From a virus (taxonomy: Duplodnaviria > Caudoviricetes): DNA of 33,135 nucleotides. The translations under genes were made by a program, and so were the position numbers. This document shows, in pieces, positions 9,701 to 19,019 of this stretch. The first letter of the stretch is position 1, and each line of letters starts with the position of its first letter. Below the pieces are notes generated by a model. The model saw only the letters and a list, made by a program, of their open reading frames with translations, was not told the DNA's origin and did no database searches. The stretch spans positions 1-33,135 of the IMG/VR virus record IMGVR_UViG_3300044676_004445. One strand, written 5' to 3'.

Positions 9701-11816
9701 ATTCAGCAAAAAAGAAGCATTCTTGAACCGTTCCCCCGTGTTCCGCCAATACTACTACCGGCGCATCGACGACTTGATCGGCCAAGAAGGCGCATGGGGC
9801 ATCCAACAAGGAACCGCCCAAGACATCATGCGACGCATCGAACAAGGCACCGTCGACGTCGCAGAACAACGAGTCCTCGGACTCAAAACATTACGCAACA
9901 AATCTGACGAAAATCGTTTCTGGAACGGCAAACAAATCACCCGAGACGAATACAACCAGCTAGTCACCGAAGCAGACGAAGAACTCCGCAAAGCACGCGA
10001 ACTGTTCGACGACGACTACGCCTCCAAATACGTCGGTTCCCGCGACCTCTGGGAAAAAATCAAAGCCCGAGCAGCAGACAACACCATCTACGACAACGCC
10101 CTCGACATCGACCAGCTCGACATCGCATCAAAAGCATTCGCACTCGAAGAAACCAAAACAGCATTCTTCAACGCTGCAGACAAAAGCAACTTCGCTGACA
10201 TCCTTCGCATCGCCGTACCATTCGGACCGGCATGGACAGAAATGACCCGCTACTACTACAAGCAGGTTCTGCTCAAACCAAACCGGCTTAAAAACATGGG
10301 TGTGTCCGCACAAGGATTCCGAGACATGGATCCCGACGGTGACGGCAAAGGTTTCATCTACCGTGACCCGACGTCAGGCGAAATGGTGTTCAACTATCCG
10401 TTTTCTGACTGGATGATCCCGTTCGTCGGTGCCGGCGCAGGTGCTGTACTCGGCGAAACATTCCTTGGTCGCACCAGTCCTGTCCGTGGCGCACTTGGCG
10501 GAGCCGCACTTCTCGGCGGGCTAGGTGTACTTGGCCGTGAAAAAGTCACGGAGAACCTTGGTGATATCAAACCTGAGCTGGTTGCACCTGTCCGTTCGTT
10601 GTCGATGTCGCTGCAGGTTATTCCTGGTTTCGGACCCGCAGTCCAGATCGCAGCCAATGAACTTTTGGGAAGTATGCCAAAAGCCGACCAGTTGATGGAA
10701 ATCATTTCACCGTTCGGCGCACCCGACGTCGGCGTAGGACTTGTGGCTCCAGCATGGCTAGAAAAAGTAGTTGAAGCCGTTTCGAGCGACCCTGAAAGCG
10801 ATCGTCTGTACGGTGACATGCTGATCGACTCGTATCGTGCTCTGTACACCACAGGCGGATACGACAACACCGACGAAGACAGCATGGCGGATCTACGGGC
10901 AGACGCCGAATCACTCGCTGCATATCTTCTCGCATACCGTGGTTTCGCCCAGTACCTCGGTCCAGTGCGTGGACAAATCCAATTCAACATCCCAACATCG
11001 TTCGACGGCACCATCGACATTGAAGGCAACAAGTACGACATTGACGCCGATTACATTCCCAGCGCACTGCTGTCAGCAACATTCCGTGCAATGCAGGAAT
11101 CAGATTACGAAAACGCTGTAACTGACTTTTTGCGTACGTTCGGACCGGACATGATGATGTACACCACCGGCAAAACCCGTAGCAAAGTCCAAGGATTGGA
11201 CGCTTCGGCGTTGTTCGGCGATTGGGAACGCAACAACGTCGCATTCACCGAAGCACACACCGACGTGTACGGGTACTTTGCACCAATCGGCACCGAGTTC
11301 GACATGCAAACCTATCTACGTCAGATCGAACAAGGGGCGCGTGAAAAGATTACTGACCCTCGAGAAATCCGTATGGCTGCTGAAGCAGTCGTCGGCAAAG
11401 CCTTGTACATGGACGCTCAACGAAACTTGCCTGACAAGTTGACAGATGCTGCCGAAATGGAACTCCGCATGTACCGTGACTTGCTGGAAGACCAATTGCC
11501 TGGCTTTGAGTTTGAACCTTTAAATATTCGTGAACGTGCACAGATCCTCGATCAAGTGATTAATGCTGCTCGTAGCGAACTGATGGACAAAAACCTTGTA
11601 GCGATCCCTGCACGCATGTACATCGACTACCGGGATCAAGTCATTGCCGAAGCAACAGATCGCAACAACGGCATTGAGCCTTCGTTGAAAGGCAAAAATT
11701 ACGCAGACCTCCGACGCGTCCTACGCGAATGGGGCGACCAACTAGTAGGAAAATACCCAGAATTCGAACGCCTATATTCACGGGTGTTCTTTGACGAAGT
11801 GGATGCATTGCAATGA
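6789..11816 (+). CDS. large internal virion/DNA ejection protein, 1675 aa
   Basis: Very long helical ORF in the structural operon with Gly-rich hydrophobic segments; no tape-measure repeats; function inferred from context. Confidence 0.65.
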   Translation: MGAEDLLYNDEQQLRRELVDEEYNVLNYVKQASKDQSDIINDLVAYAPNAPGEIMYPLAESVRMGAMTFEQAAQTAVDSVQMMATKTVERQPEPKNWWDNITEGGFEGIKKASKWGFAALEFLPQTVTNLASRNYGYTQQGVEAVAGRNFGMGEYEKPETGFFDGLWSSTDLGALFSGAESGNGYFIGEAAKEFQEDRARAYRGTISGETWTLGRGFANNFAQPGSQAFNISSGLVDAAAALAIPSIPGSKVVTKGARAVGRPLGKADEFAQGVENTLRGARRLTALPGSKRANLAGITYSSRPHIDRNSIGRWLESREGKAVKERLVGVNSIEEATDMFRNADADFWLRLTKTETVDDVDALLRDRLGLEGLARTDDIRIGTMADRKRALFGIQGASSVDGAQPGRVKSGFQSWYARNFTPVAGREMVVVSDDIRDLTQTVRNARDYLRTLRVAPEERETILKDITDALLTRGVEGNIQDAMKSLDDAVIRELSLKNVGRDARKRIKAGQATAEDTAALKAADTFHRDVFGKFRNDVGDYDLYGTIDESGNTAVIKGLNFTVDGEVIIDAKGDLVSATAHIPSEMRKFAGYMPDARRVRRASARYNFMWTKHAKDPAKWGDPKLYTAMMDKIQQDIWRPATLMTGGYMFRNMIESVIRAGATPGIKAGPLHPLEWMRAVGKKRYPGDVNGADFAENSVLAGRRTNAEYIDATNAKPREAVDVIDIEKAGHRSGHYQLVSRPRVASENKNYVTGVANELRLMANTPLGRIAADIMEQGGSREEAVATMRAWLSGADEAFYVERYAFRPGQGKEELKRINTLWQNKRIRRADTGEEVRGSINFVDESGNIDMENLSVYLNDVIVDRLEQVTGSNNVLLSMIARSLDGTFMDELGDIKPAFRDITGRGSLDVDSFDYSDEMLEEIRKLVDDPDAQLPQFVKTPTDVNTARFGKTGGPIGEAWRRTIDHFFGNVFSKKEAFLNRSPVFRQYYYRRIDDLIGQEGAWGIQQGTAQDIMRRIEQGTVDVAEQRVLGLKTLRNKSDENRFWNGKQITRDEYNQLVTEADEELRKARELFDDDYASKYVGSRDLWEKIKARAADNTIYDNALDIDQLDIASKAFALEETKTAFFNAADKSNFADILRIAVPFGPAWTEMTRYYYKQVLLKPNRLKNMGVSAQGFRDMDPDGDGKGFIYRDPTSGEMVFNYPFSDWMIPFVGAGAGAVLGETFLGRTSPVRGALGGAALLGGLGVLGREKVTENLGDIKPELVAPVRSLSMSLQVIPGFGPAVQIAANELLGSMPKADQLMEIISPFGAPDVGVGLVAPAWLEKVVEAVSSDPESDRLYGDMLIDSYRALYTTGGYDNTDEDSMADLRADAESLAAYLLAYRGFAQYLGPVRGQIQFNIPTSFDGTIDIEGNKYDIDADYIPSALLSATFRAMQESDYENAVTDFLRTFGPDMMMYTTGKTRSKVQGLDASALFGDWERNNVAFTEAHTDVYGYFAPIGTEFDMQTYLRQIEQGAREKITDPREIRMAAEAVVGKALYMDAQRNLPDKLTDAAEMELRMYRDLLEDQLPGFEFEPLNIRERAQILDQVINAARSELMDKNLVAIPARMYIDYRDQVIAEATDRNNGIEPSLKGKNYADLRRVLREWGDQLVGKYPEFERLYSRVFFDEVDALQ

Positions 11817-12589
11817 ACGAAACAAATGATGTAACTGGAACAACTGGTGGCGGTGTCGTCAACACCGTCGTCCAAGGTTTACAATCCGCAGAAAACCTAG
11901 GGATCCTTGAACCACCAGAAATCACCCAAGGTGTCGTGCAAGAAAGCCCGTACAGCCCTGATCCACGCCCCGCATACGTCAACGGCGTTTACAACCCGCA
12001 ATACGCCGGCGGAGGCATCGTCGACCGCAACAACCAACTCATCATCGGACCGGACGGCAAACCGTACGAATACAACCTGAACACCGACCCAACCAAAACG
12101 TTCTACGGCATGTCCGAACAACAACGCACCACCACACAAGACCGGCTCGAAGCCCGTGGCATCAGCGCACAAACCTCATCACAGTTCATCAATGCCCTCG
12201 GGTTCCTCATGGAATCCGGCAACAACATTGGCCGTGACTGGGAAACAGCATTAACCAAACTTGAAACAATGACATCGCTGGCACCCAAAACGTATGCGCC
12301 ACGCTACCGGGTGACCTCATCCACCGATATCCGAGCGGTCGCAGACGAATCAGCTCGACGTGTCCTCGGCCGCAAGTTCTCGGCAGAAGAACTACAACGG
12401 TTCACCGAGTCATACCAGCAACAAGAAATTGCCACACAGCAGGCCGGCGCAGGTGTGTCTGAAGCGGCACCTTCTGTCGCCACAGCAGCTGAAGCATTTG
12501 CCGAGCGTGTTGACCCGTCGCAGGCTAATGCCTACAGGTTCCTCGGGTTCTTCGACCAGTTGTCCAGCAGTCTCAGGAGCAGAATTTAA
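11813..12589 (+). CDS. putative internal virion protein, 258 aa
   Basis: ATGA overlap; lies in the run of genes between portal and scaffold. Confidence 0.55.
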   Translation: MNETNDVTGTTGGGVVNTVVQGLQSAENLGILEPPEITQGVVQESPYSPDPRPAYVNGVYNPQYAGGGIVDRNNQLIIGPDGKPYEYNLNTDPTKTFYGMSEQQRTTTQDRLEARGISAQTSSQFINALGFLMESGNNIGRDWETALTKLETMTSLAPKTYAPRYRVTSSTDIRAVADESARRVLGRKFSAEELQRFTESYQQQEIATQQAGAGVSEAAPSVATAAEAFAERVDPSQANAYRFLGFFDQLSSSLRSRI

Positions 12590-14097
12590 TGAGCGAAGAA
12601 TTGTACCAACCAGTACCTCCAGGAACAAAACGCAACTTCAGCCCACAACAAGCATTAAATGAAGTCATCAACCTTGTTGATCCTGAATATGAAGTGTATT
12701 TCCGTACAGGGACAGTCATACTGCAAAAAGGATCGAGCGTTTCTGCTGAAGAACGCCAGTTGATTAGGTCGCTCCGCAACGAAATTTTAAGCGGCGGTAA
12801 CGTTGAGCGTGTTTACGACAACATCAATCGGTTTTTAACTTCTGGCAGCACGTTCCGAAACAATCGTGCTCAGATTGCCGCAGTTTTGCGTGGCACTAAC
12901 TATGTGCGTCCCAGTGAGGACCCTGCTGACCGTGACCCTTCTACTCCCGGTTTCGGACGCGCACTAGGTGAGGTGCAACCAGAACAAGATGGCGCACCGC
13001 CTGTGGTCGGTGTTGATGAACGCCGAGCGGGTGTTGATGAGGCTGAGCTCGGTGGTTTGCCTGATCGCCCTACACCTGAACAAGCTTACGAAGGGATTGC
13101 CCAACCCGGTATGCAAACGACGCCGTCTAGTGGCGATGGAGTCGTTGATGACAGCGACGGTGTAGATACCGGGGGCGGTGTCAGCGATGGTGCATACGTC
13201 GACCAAACAGAACTCGACGCAGCCATCCCAGAAGACTGGAAAGACGCCGCACGCGAAGCATACCCAGCGTACTACGCCATCGTAAAAAACATCCCAGAAA
13301 TCGCACAACTATTAGAAAAAGCAATCAACCAGGGATACTCCGAAGCACAATTCCAAGCAGAACTAGAACAAACCAACTGGTGGAAACAAACCACCGCATC
13401 AGCACGCGAATGGGACATCAACGGCGAGCGCGACCCAGCAAGCCAACAAACCCAAATTGACAACCGCACAGCGTTCATCCAGCAAACCTCGCTCGACACG
13501 TTCGGGGTACGCATCAGCGCAGAATCAGCGTCAGAACTAGCACTTGACAGTTTACGTCAAGGCTGGGGACAACAATTCCTGTTGAACTCCATCGGCGACG
13601 TAGCAACCCAATCAACCGCCGGCATCTCCCAGCTTCGGGCAGGTTTCATCGGGCAAGACATCCGTCAAACCGCTTACGACTACGGGATCGCTATCTCCGA
13701 AAACACATTCAACAAGTTTGTTAATCAGATCGCTGTCGGCGCAGAAACAAAAGACACGTTCCAACAGTACGCATTGACACAAGCCAAAAACTTGTTCCCG
13801 TCAGTTGCGGAACGGCTCAATGCAGGCGAAACATTCCAACAGATCGTCGACCCGTACAAACAGAACGCTGCCGCACTCCTCGAAATCGATCCAAACAGCA
13901 TCGACTTCACGTCACCTGACTGGGCGAAAGCAATCACCTACCAGGATGCCAAAGGCGAACAACGCCCAATGAACTTCACGGAGTTCAACGACTATGTGCG
14001 CCAAACACGGTCATTCGGTTACGAATACACAGATCAAGCCAAAAACAAGGCGTACAAGGTGGCGAGCGATCTCGCTAATCTGTTCGGAAGGATTTAA
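12589..14097 (+). CDS. putative internal virion protein, 502 aa
   Basis: TAATG overlap; acidic low-complexity linker followed by a helical domain (TNWWKQ...). Confidence 0.55.
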   Translation: MSEELYQPVPPGTKRNFSPQQALNEVINLVDPEYEVYFRTGTVILQKGSSVSAEERQLIRSLRNEILSGGNVERVYDNINRFLTSGSTFRNNRAQIAAVLRGTNYVRPSEDPADRDPSTPGFGRALGEVQPEQDGAPPVVGVDERRAGVDEAELGGLPDRPTPEQAYEGIAQPGMQTTPSSGDGVVDDSDGVDTGGGVSDGAYVDQTELDAAIPEDWKDAAREAYPAYYAIVKNIPEIAQLLEKAINQGYSEAQFQAELEQTNWWKQTTASAREWDINGERDPASQQTQIDNRTAFIQQTSLDTFGVRISAESASELALDSLRQGWGQQFLLNSIGDVATQSTAGISQLRAGFIGQDIRQTAYDYGIAISENTFNKFVNQIAVGAETKDTFQQYALTQAKNLFPSVAERLNAGETFQQIVDPYKQNAAALLEIDPNSIDFTSPDWAKAITYQDAKGEQRPMNFTEFNDYVRQTRSFGYEYTDQAKNKAYKVASDLANLFGRI

Positions 14098-14099
14098 CC

Positions 14100-14933
14100 A
14101 TGAGCATGATCGGAACAGAACAACAACAGTCAGCGTTCGATGTCATCAGTAGCCTGCTGGAAATGTACGACCTGACAGACCTGTCAGACTTCGTCACGAA
14201 CTACATCCTTGACAACGACGTTGTTGACACAACGGTCCTCATGGCACAAGTCCGTCAACAACCCGCATATGAGACACGGTTTGCAGGCAACGAAGCACGC
14301 CGACGAGCTGGCCTCAACGTCCTATCAGAAGGCGAATACGTCGCCCTAGAAAACACTTACCGGCAATACATGCGGGCATCAGGACTACCAGCAGACTTCT
14401 ACGACAGCGCAGAAGACCTACAAAACCTGATCGGCAACGACGTGTCACCAGGAGAACTCGCTGAACGAGTCAACCAAGGCTACGAAGCAGTACGTTTCGC
14501 CGACCCAACCGTCGTCTCCCAAATGCAAGAACTGTACGGAGTAGGCGAAGGCGAACTCGCCGCATTCTTCCTTGACCCCGAACGGGCAACACCAACCCTG
14601 CTCCGACGGGCACAAGCAGCACAAATCGCTGGAGGCGCAGTACAAGCCGGCATGCAACTCACCGCTGAAGAAGCAGAACGCCTCGCACAAGAAGGCGTCA
14701 CAGAACAAACCGCCCGAGCAGGTGTCGCAGCCATCGAACAAGCACAAGAACTGTTCCAGGCAACAACACAAGAAACCGGGGATTTCACCCGTGAAGAACA
14801 GCTCGGCGCAGTGTTCGGCACGGACCCTCGAGCCGCTCAACGGTTACGGGAACGGTCACGTCGCCGGCAAGCACAGTTCGAAGCAGGTGGCCGTTTCGCC
14901 GGTCAAGGCGCAGAACTAACAGGCTTGCAATAA
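14100..14933 (+). CDS. putative internal virion protein, 277 aa
   Basis: YETRFAGNEARRRAGLNVLSEGEY and IGNDVSPGELAERV motifs; Ala/Gln-rich helical C-terminus. Confidence 0.55.
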   Translation: MSMIGTEQQQSAFDVISSLLEMYDLTDLSDFVTNYILDNDVVDTTVLMAQVRQQPAYETRFAGNEARRRAGLNVLSEGEYVALENTYRQYMRASGLPADFYDSAEDLQNLIGNDVSPGELAERVNQGYEAVRFADPTVVSQMQELYGVGEGELAAFFLDPERATPTLLRRAQAAQIAGGAVQAGMQLTAEEAERLAQEGVTEQTARAGVAAIEQAQELFQATTQETGDFTREEQLGAVFGTDPRAAQRLRERSRRRQAQFEAGGRFAGQGAELTGLQ

Positions 14934-14939
14934 CGTTTG

Positions 14940-14948
14940 TGCTACTAT
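14940..14948 (+). promoter_or_regulatory. candidate extended -10 promoter (TGCTACTAT) for the scaffold-capsid operon
   Basis: TGnTAnnnT just after the upstream stop, ~100 nt before the scaffold ATG. Confidence 0.55.
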
Positions 14949-14950
14949 TG

Positions 14951-15046
14951 TCCTGATGCCCAAGGTGGGCAGGAACCCCGCAAGGGTGTATAAGCAGCAT
15001 CGTCATCTGCCTCCGGGTGACGGTTGGGCGAAGGAGTGTACATAGC
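14951..15046 (+). promoter_or_regulatory. structured 5' leader of the scaffold gene (candidate cis-regulatory RNA)
   Basis: Hairpins GCCCA-agg-TGGGC, CCC-GCAA-GGG and CGTCATCT-gcctcc-GGGTGACG ahead of SD AAGGAG at 15031-15036. Confidence 0.5.
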
Positions 15047-15481
15047 ATGGACAGCGACATCGACCGCGATGAAGAGCAAGAAGGCCGTAATCCGTTACGC
15101 GATCGGATGAAACAGCTAGAAGCCGAAAACGCTGAACTGAAAGCCAGAGCAGACGAATCATCTGCCGCAGCTCGAGAACTTGCGTTCGTGAAGGCCGGAG
15201 TAGATCCGAACCTTCCGATCACCAAGTATTTCATGAAGGGCTACGACGGGGAACTCACTGCTGAAGCAATCAGGGAAGCAGCGATCGAAGCACAACTCAT
15301 CCGTGATGCACAAGCAGATCAGGTGAAGGCTGAAGCCGGGACGTGGGATCGTTCCACGCAAATGGCTGCAGATTCTTCCAACGAACCGCCTGTGGATTGG
15401 GGACAGAGAATCTCTAACGCAAAAAATGCGGCAGAGGTAGAAGCGTTGCTGGCCGAAGCGAAAGCAGCCCAACAAATCTAG
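15047..15481 (+). CDS. capsid scaffolding protein, 144 aa
   Basis: Acidic N-terminus, coiled coil (RMKQLEAENAELKARADE), directly upstream of the major capsid gene; AAGGAG RBS. Confidence 0.75.
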   Translation: MDSDIDRDEEQEGRNPLRDRMKQLEAENAELKARADESSAAARELAFVKAGVDPNLPITKYFMKGYDGELTAEAIREAAIEAQLIRDAQADQVKAEAGTWDRSTQMAADSSNEPPVDWGQRISNAKNAAEVEALLAEAKAAQQI

Positions 15482-15496
15482 CCCCGTAACAGGGGC
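15481..15496 (+). other. short intergenic hairpin between scaffold and capsid genes
   Basis: GCCCC-gtaaca-GGGGC. Confidence 0.4.
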
Positions 15497-15519
15497 ATTT
15501 CCCGGAAGGAAACCCCATC

Positions 15520-16485
15520 ATGGCTTATACCGAGCAGTCATCACTTTCAGTAGACCAGCAGGCGTTTGATCGTATTGCGTACTTCGCATTGCGTTCAGAG
15601 CTTCTGTTCGACGCAGTAGCAGACGTTCAGCCGACCAATCAGGCAATGCCTGGCTCATCGGTCACGTTCACCATTTTCAACGACCTTGCCGCAGCAACGT
15701 CAACCCTCACCGAAACGTCAGACGTCACCGCAGTTGCGATGTCAGACAGCCAGGTGTCGGTGACTTTGAACGAATACGGTAACGCCGTTCTCACCACCGC
15801 AAAGCTCCGTGGCACCTCGTTCCTCGATGTCGACACCGTCGCAGCCAACGTTGTTGGTTACAACGCCGGTATCTCAATCGACAGCGTTGTTCGTAGCGTC
15901 CTCGAAGCAGGAAGCAACGTCAACTACGGAACCGGCGGTTCAACAACCCCGACTTCGCGTGCAACCATCCAGGTTGAAGACGAGCTCGCTGCCGACGACA
16001 TCCGCAAGGTGACCGCAGAACTCCGTGGCGACAACGTCCCAACGTTCAACGGCCTGTACATGGGCTACATCCACCCAGACGTGTCATACGACCTCCGTTC
16101 TGAAACAGGTGCAGCAGCATGGCGCGACCCACACGTCTATGTCGATACCGACATGATCTACAACGGCGAAATCGGTGCCTTTGAAGGTGTCCGTTTCATT
16201 GAGACGCCCCGTGCGCCTCTCTTCGCTGACGCAGGTGACGGATCCGGTGGCGCAGGCACCATCGACGCATACGGCACGTTGGTGATGGGACGCCAGGCAC
16301 TTGCCAAGGCACACTCAATCACCGACGGCAACGGAGCGAACCCATCGATTGTTCGTGGCCCCGTTGTTGACACCCTCGAGCGTTTCCAGCCAATCGGTTG
16401 GTACTGGCTCGGCGGTTACGGTCGTTTCCGTGAGGCAAGCCTCCGTCGTATTGAGTCATCGTCCAGCATCGGCGCAAACAGCTGA
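15520..16485 (+). CDS. major capsid protein (HK97 fold, N4-gp56-like), 321 aa
   Basis: GSSVTFTIF, VSVTLNEYGNAV, YMGYIHPDVSYDLR, GEIGAFEGVRFIETP and DTLERFQPIGWY motifs; AAGGA RBS; followed by a terminator. Confidence 0.92.
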   Translation: MAYTEQSSLSVDQQAFDRIAYFALRSELLFDAVADVQPTNQAMPGSSVTFTIFNDLAAATSTLTETSDVTAVAMSDSQVSVTLNEYGNAVLTTAKLRGTSFLDVDTVAANVVGYNAGISIDSVVRSVLEAGSNVNYGTGGSTTPTSRATIQVEDELAADDIRKVTAELRGDNVPTFNGLYMGYIHPDVSYDLRSETGAAAWRDPHVYVDTDMIYNGEIGAFEGVRFIETPRAPLFADAGDGSGGAGTIDAYGTLVMGRQALAKAHSITDGNGANPSIVRGPVVDTLERFQPIGWYWLGGYGRFREASLRRIESSSSIGANS

Positions 16486-16501
16486 TCTGATTGACTCCTG
16501 T

Positions 16502-16540
16502 AGCGTTGCCCCCTGCTTCGGCGGGGGGCTTCGCTGTTTC
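16502..16540 (+). terminator. intrinsic terminator-like hairpin after the capsid gene
   Basis: GCCCCCTGC-TTCG-GCGGGGGGC 9-bp stem with cUUCGg loop, extended by AGCG/CGCT; weak U tract. Confidence 0.75.
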
Positions 16541-16545
16541 TGGGG

Positions 16546-16554
16546 TGCTATTAT
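16546..16554 (+). promoter_or_regulatory. candidate extended -10 promoter (TGCTATTAT) for the accessory fibre cassette
   Basis: TGnTAnnnT immediately after the terminator; GGGAG RBS follows. Confidence 0.55.
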
Positions 16555-16577
16555 TGTGGGACGACTACTGGGAGTAG

Positions 16578-16943
16578 ATGATGAGTATTTCTAATTATGC
16601 TGAGAACAAGTTGCTGGATGCGGTTGGTGGCACTTCGTTTAGTGTGACGACCGCTTATTTGCAGTTGCATTTGGGTGATCCTGGTGAGGATGGTACGGCT
16701 AATGCTGCGGGTGAATCAACTCGTAAGTCGTGTGCGTTTGATGCTGCTGCGTCTGGTTCGATGGCTTCTTCTGCGACTGTTGAGTGGACGAATGTGTCTA
16801 CGACTGAGACGTATTCGCATTGGTCGTTGTGGGATGCTGCGTCGGCGGGTAATTGTTTGTGGTCTGGGGCGTTGGCTTCGTCTGCTGCTGTGACGGCTGG
16901 TGATACGTTTCAGATTACGAGCTTGACTTTGACGCTCGACTGA
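16578..16943 (+). CDS. small beta-rich virion structural protein (fibre/spike-associated), 121 aa
   Basis: SNYAENKLLD...YLQLH.GDPG...SHWSLWDA.SAGN.LWSG.L...GDTF pattern of a widespread phage structural family. Confidence 0.7.
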   Translation: MMSISNYAENKLLDAVGGTSFSVTTAYLQLHLGDPGEDGTANAAGESTRKSCAFDAAASGSMASSATVEWTNVSTTETYSHWSLWDAASAGNCLWSGALASSAAVTAGDTFQITSLTLTLD

Positions 16944-17920
16944 TGGCTACTAATTTTCCGGGGTCTGCGGATAGTTTTACGAATCCTTCGTCGGGTTCTT
17001 CGTTGTCGTCGCCTTCTCATGCGGATCAGCATGCGAATGTGAATGATGCTGTTGAGGCTATTGAGACTGCGCTGTTGGATGGCGCGCCTCTGCATATTGA
17101 TGACACGAATGAGCGTGTCGGTATCGGCACGACCAGCCCTAGCGCACCTTTAGAAATCAATGGTTCACGCGATACCGAATTGTTGAGGTTGTCTGCGCCG
17201 TTAAATGCCGCAAATCAAACCAATTACATTACGATGGTGGACTCCCAAGACGGAGGGATTGTTGCCGCTATCGGTCTTGGTTCAGATGTTGGTGGTGCTA
17301 ACGATAACGATGGCGGTATTGCGTTCCGCACAACAACTGCGGCAAACACTTCGATTCCTGCTACTCGCATGTACATCAACAAAGATGGCGATGTTGGTAT
17401 TGGGACTACCAGCATGACCAACCAGTTTACGGTGTACAACGGCACTTACTATTCGATTATTGGTCGTAACGACTGGGGATTGCGTTCCCCAGGAACCTAC
17501 GCACTCTCAACATCCAACGCCGCAAACGTCTATATTTCTTCTAACGGTACGTTCTACCGTTCCACCTCGTCAGCAAAATACAAAACTGATGTTGAGGACA
17601 TTGATACGTCTGCGGCAGATGTTGTGTTCGCTTTGCGCCCCGTATGGTTCAGATCCACGTCACCTCACGATCCCGAAGGCTGGTCTTACTATGGTTTGAT
17701 CGCTGAAGAAGTGGCTGAGGTTGACCCTCGGTTGGTGTCGTTTGGTGCTGGAGAGGATTGTGGTTGCGATTTTGACGCTGACCATGTGGCCGAGTGTTTG
17801 ACGGAACCTGAAGGTGTTTACTATGACCGACTAGTGCCACACCTGATTAGCGTGGTGCAACGTCAGCAGGAACAGATTGATGCGTTGACTGCTCGTATTG
17901 AAGCGTTGGAGGCTGTCTGA
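16943..17920 (+). CDS. fibre/spike protein 1 with C-terminal intramolecular chaperone (peptidase S74-like), 325 aa
   Basis: VGIGTTSP repeats; SSAKYKTDVEDI, LRPVWF, YGLIAEEV, VYYDRL and a terminal coiled coil. Confidence 0.85.
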   Translation: MATNFPGSADSFTNPSSGSSLSSPSHADQHANVNDAVEAIETALLDGAPLHIDDTNERVGIGTTSPSAPLEINGSRDTELLRLSAPLNAANQTNYITMVDSQDGGIVAAIGLGSDVGGANDNDGGIAFRTTTAANTSIPATRMYINKDGDVGIGTTSMTNQFTVYNGTYYSIIGRNDWGLRSPGTYALSTSNAANVYISSNGTFYRSTSSAKYKTDVEDIDTSAADVVFALRPVWFRSTSPHDPEGWSYYGLIAEEVAEVDPRLVSFGAGEDCGCDFDADHVAECLTEPEGVYYDRLVPHLISVVQRQQEQIDALTARIEALEAV

Positions 17921-18786
17921 TGTCAACGAACTTCCCTACTAGTGTTGATGCGTTTACGAATCCTACGTCGGGTGACACGTTGGATAATCCGCCGCACGAT
18001 CAACAGCACGCAGATATTAATGATGCGATGGAAGCGGTACAAACCAGCCTGTTGGATGGTGCACCGTTACATATTGATGATGCGAATGAACGTGTCGGTA
18101 TCGGCACAACCAGCCCTAGTCAAACTCTTCAACTTGGTGAAACATCTGGGGGGTTGGAGCCTGCCATTGACTTAGTTTCTAATGGTGGGCGCACCATTAG
18201 GATGAAAGCCGCTGACTCTGGGAACTTTTTGACAGTGGGTTCTGCTACTGCTCACTCGTTTGCTTTACAGACGAACAATGTTCGTCGCTTAACGGTTGAT
18301 TCGTCTGGAAATGTCGGTATCAACGACACCACGCCGTCGTACAAGTTGGATGTCAACGGAGACATCAATGCCACAAGCGATGTGCTGGTCGGGGGCAGTT
18401 CTCTGCCGAGAGGGTTCGCTGGTCAGGATGGCAACCAAGTATCTCTTGCCCTAACAACAACAGCAACATTGAGGTTGTCTACAAGTGTAACGACGGTTGC
18501 TGGTCGTCGTTACCTGTGTGGTTTTTCTGGATTTACTTACGCAACATCAACATCCATGCTCGCTATCGCCTACATGCGTTTTGAGGGTACTTCTATTCAG
18601 AACTGTCAAGTTTCGATTAGTTCCAGTATGGATAACGGCAACCTAAGCATGTCTCGTATTGTCACCGCTGGGTCAACTGGGACAACAACGTTGGAATTGT
18701 ATGGACAAACCTCAACAGGAACTTCTTATATCCGAGCATCTACTGGGTCAGTAAGACCAGTTTTGTACTGTATAGATTTAGGGTGA
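17920..18786 (+). CDS. fibre/spike protein 2, 288 aa
   Basis: First ~67 aa paralogous to fibre 1; GNVGINDTTPSYKLDVNG shaft motif; different beta-sandwich-like tip. Confidence 0.8.
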   Translation: MSTNFPTSVDAFTNPTSGDTLDNPPHDQQHADINDAMEAVQTSLLDGAPLHIDDANERVGIGTTSPSQTLQLGETSGGLEPAIDLVSNGGRTIRMKAADSGNFLTVGSATAHSFALQTNNVRRLTVDSSGNVGINDTTPSYKLDVNGDINATSDVLVGGSSLPRGFAGQDGNQVSLALTTTATLRLSTSVTTVAGRRYLCGFSGFTYATSTSMLAIAYMRFEGTSIQNCQVSISSSMDNGNLSMSRIVTAGSTGTTTLELYGQTSTGTSYIRASTGSVRPVLYCIDLG

Positions 18787-19019
18787 TAAGCATGTTGGTT
18801 ATCTGTAATTTGCAGGGTTCCGAAGTTGAAGATTTTGACCGCCAGATGCGGTGGCATCGTAATGCATTTCTGAACAACTCTGATTGGACTCAGATGCCTG
18901 ACAGTCCTCTGACCGCTGAACAGAAAGAAGCATGGGCTACCTACCGTCAAGCCCTACGGGATTTCCCTGCAACGTGGGTTCCTGCCGAGACAGCCGAGTT
19001 CCCTGAGGTGCCAGCATGA
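18783..19019 (+). CDS. tail fibre assembly chaperone (start at GTG 18783 or ATG 18792)
   Basis: RNAFLNNSDWTQMPDSPL...W.TYRQALRD.P...FP motif of phage tail assembly chaperones. Confidence 0.85.
   Translation: MISMLVICNLQGSEVEDFDRQMRWHRNAFLNNSDWTQMPDSPLTAEQKEAWATYRQALRDFPATWVPAETAEFPEVPA

Noticed and set aside
14951-15046. Assignment of the scaffold leader to a known riboswitch (e.g. preQ1) or ribozyme class
   Set aside because: I could not match the consensus of any known class by eye; kept only as an unclassified structured leader
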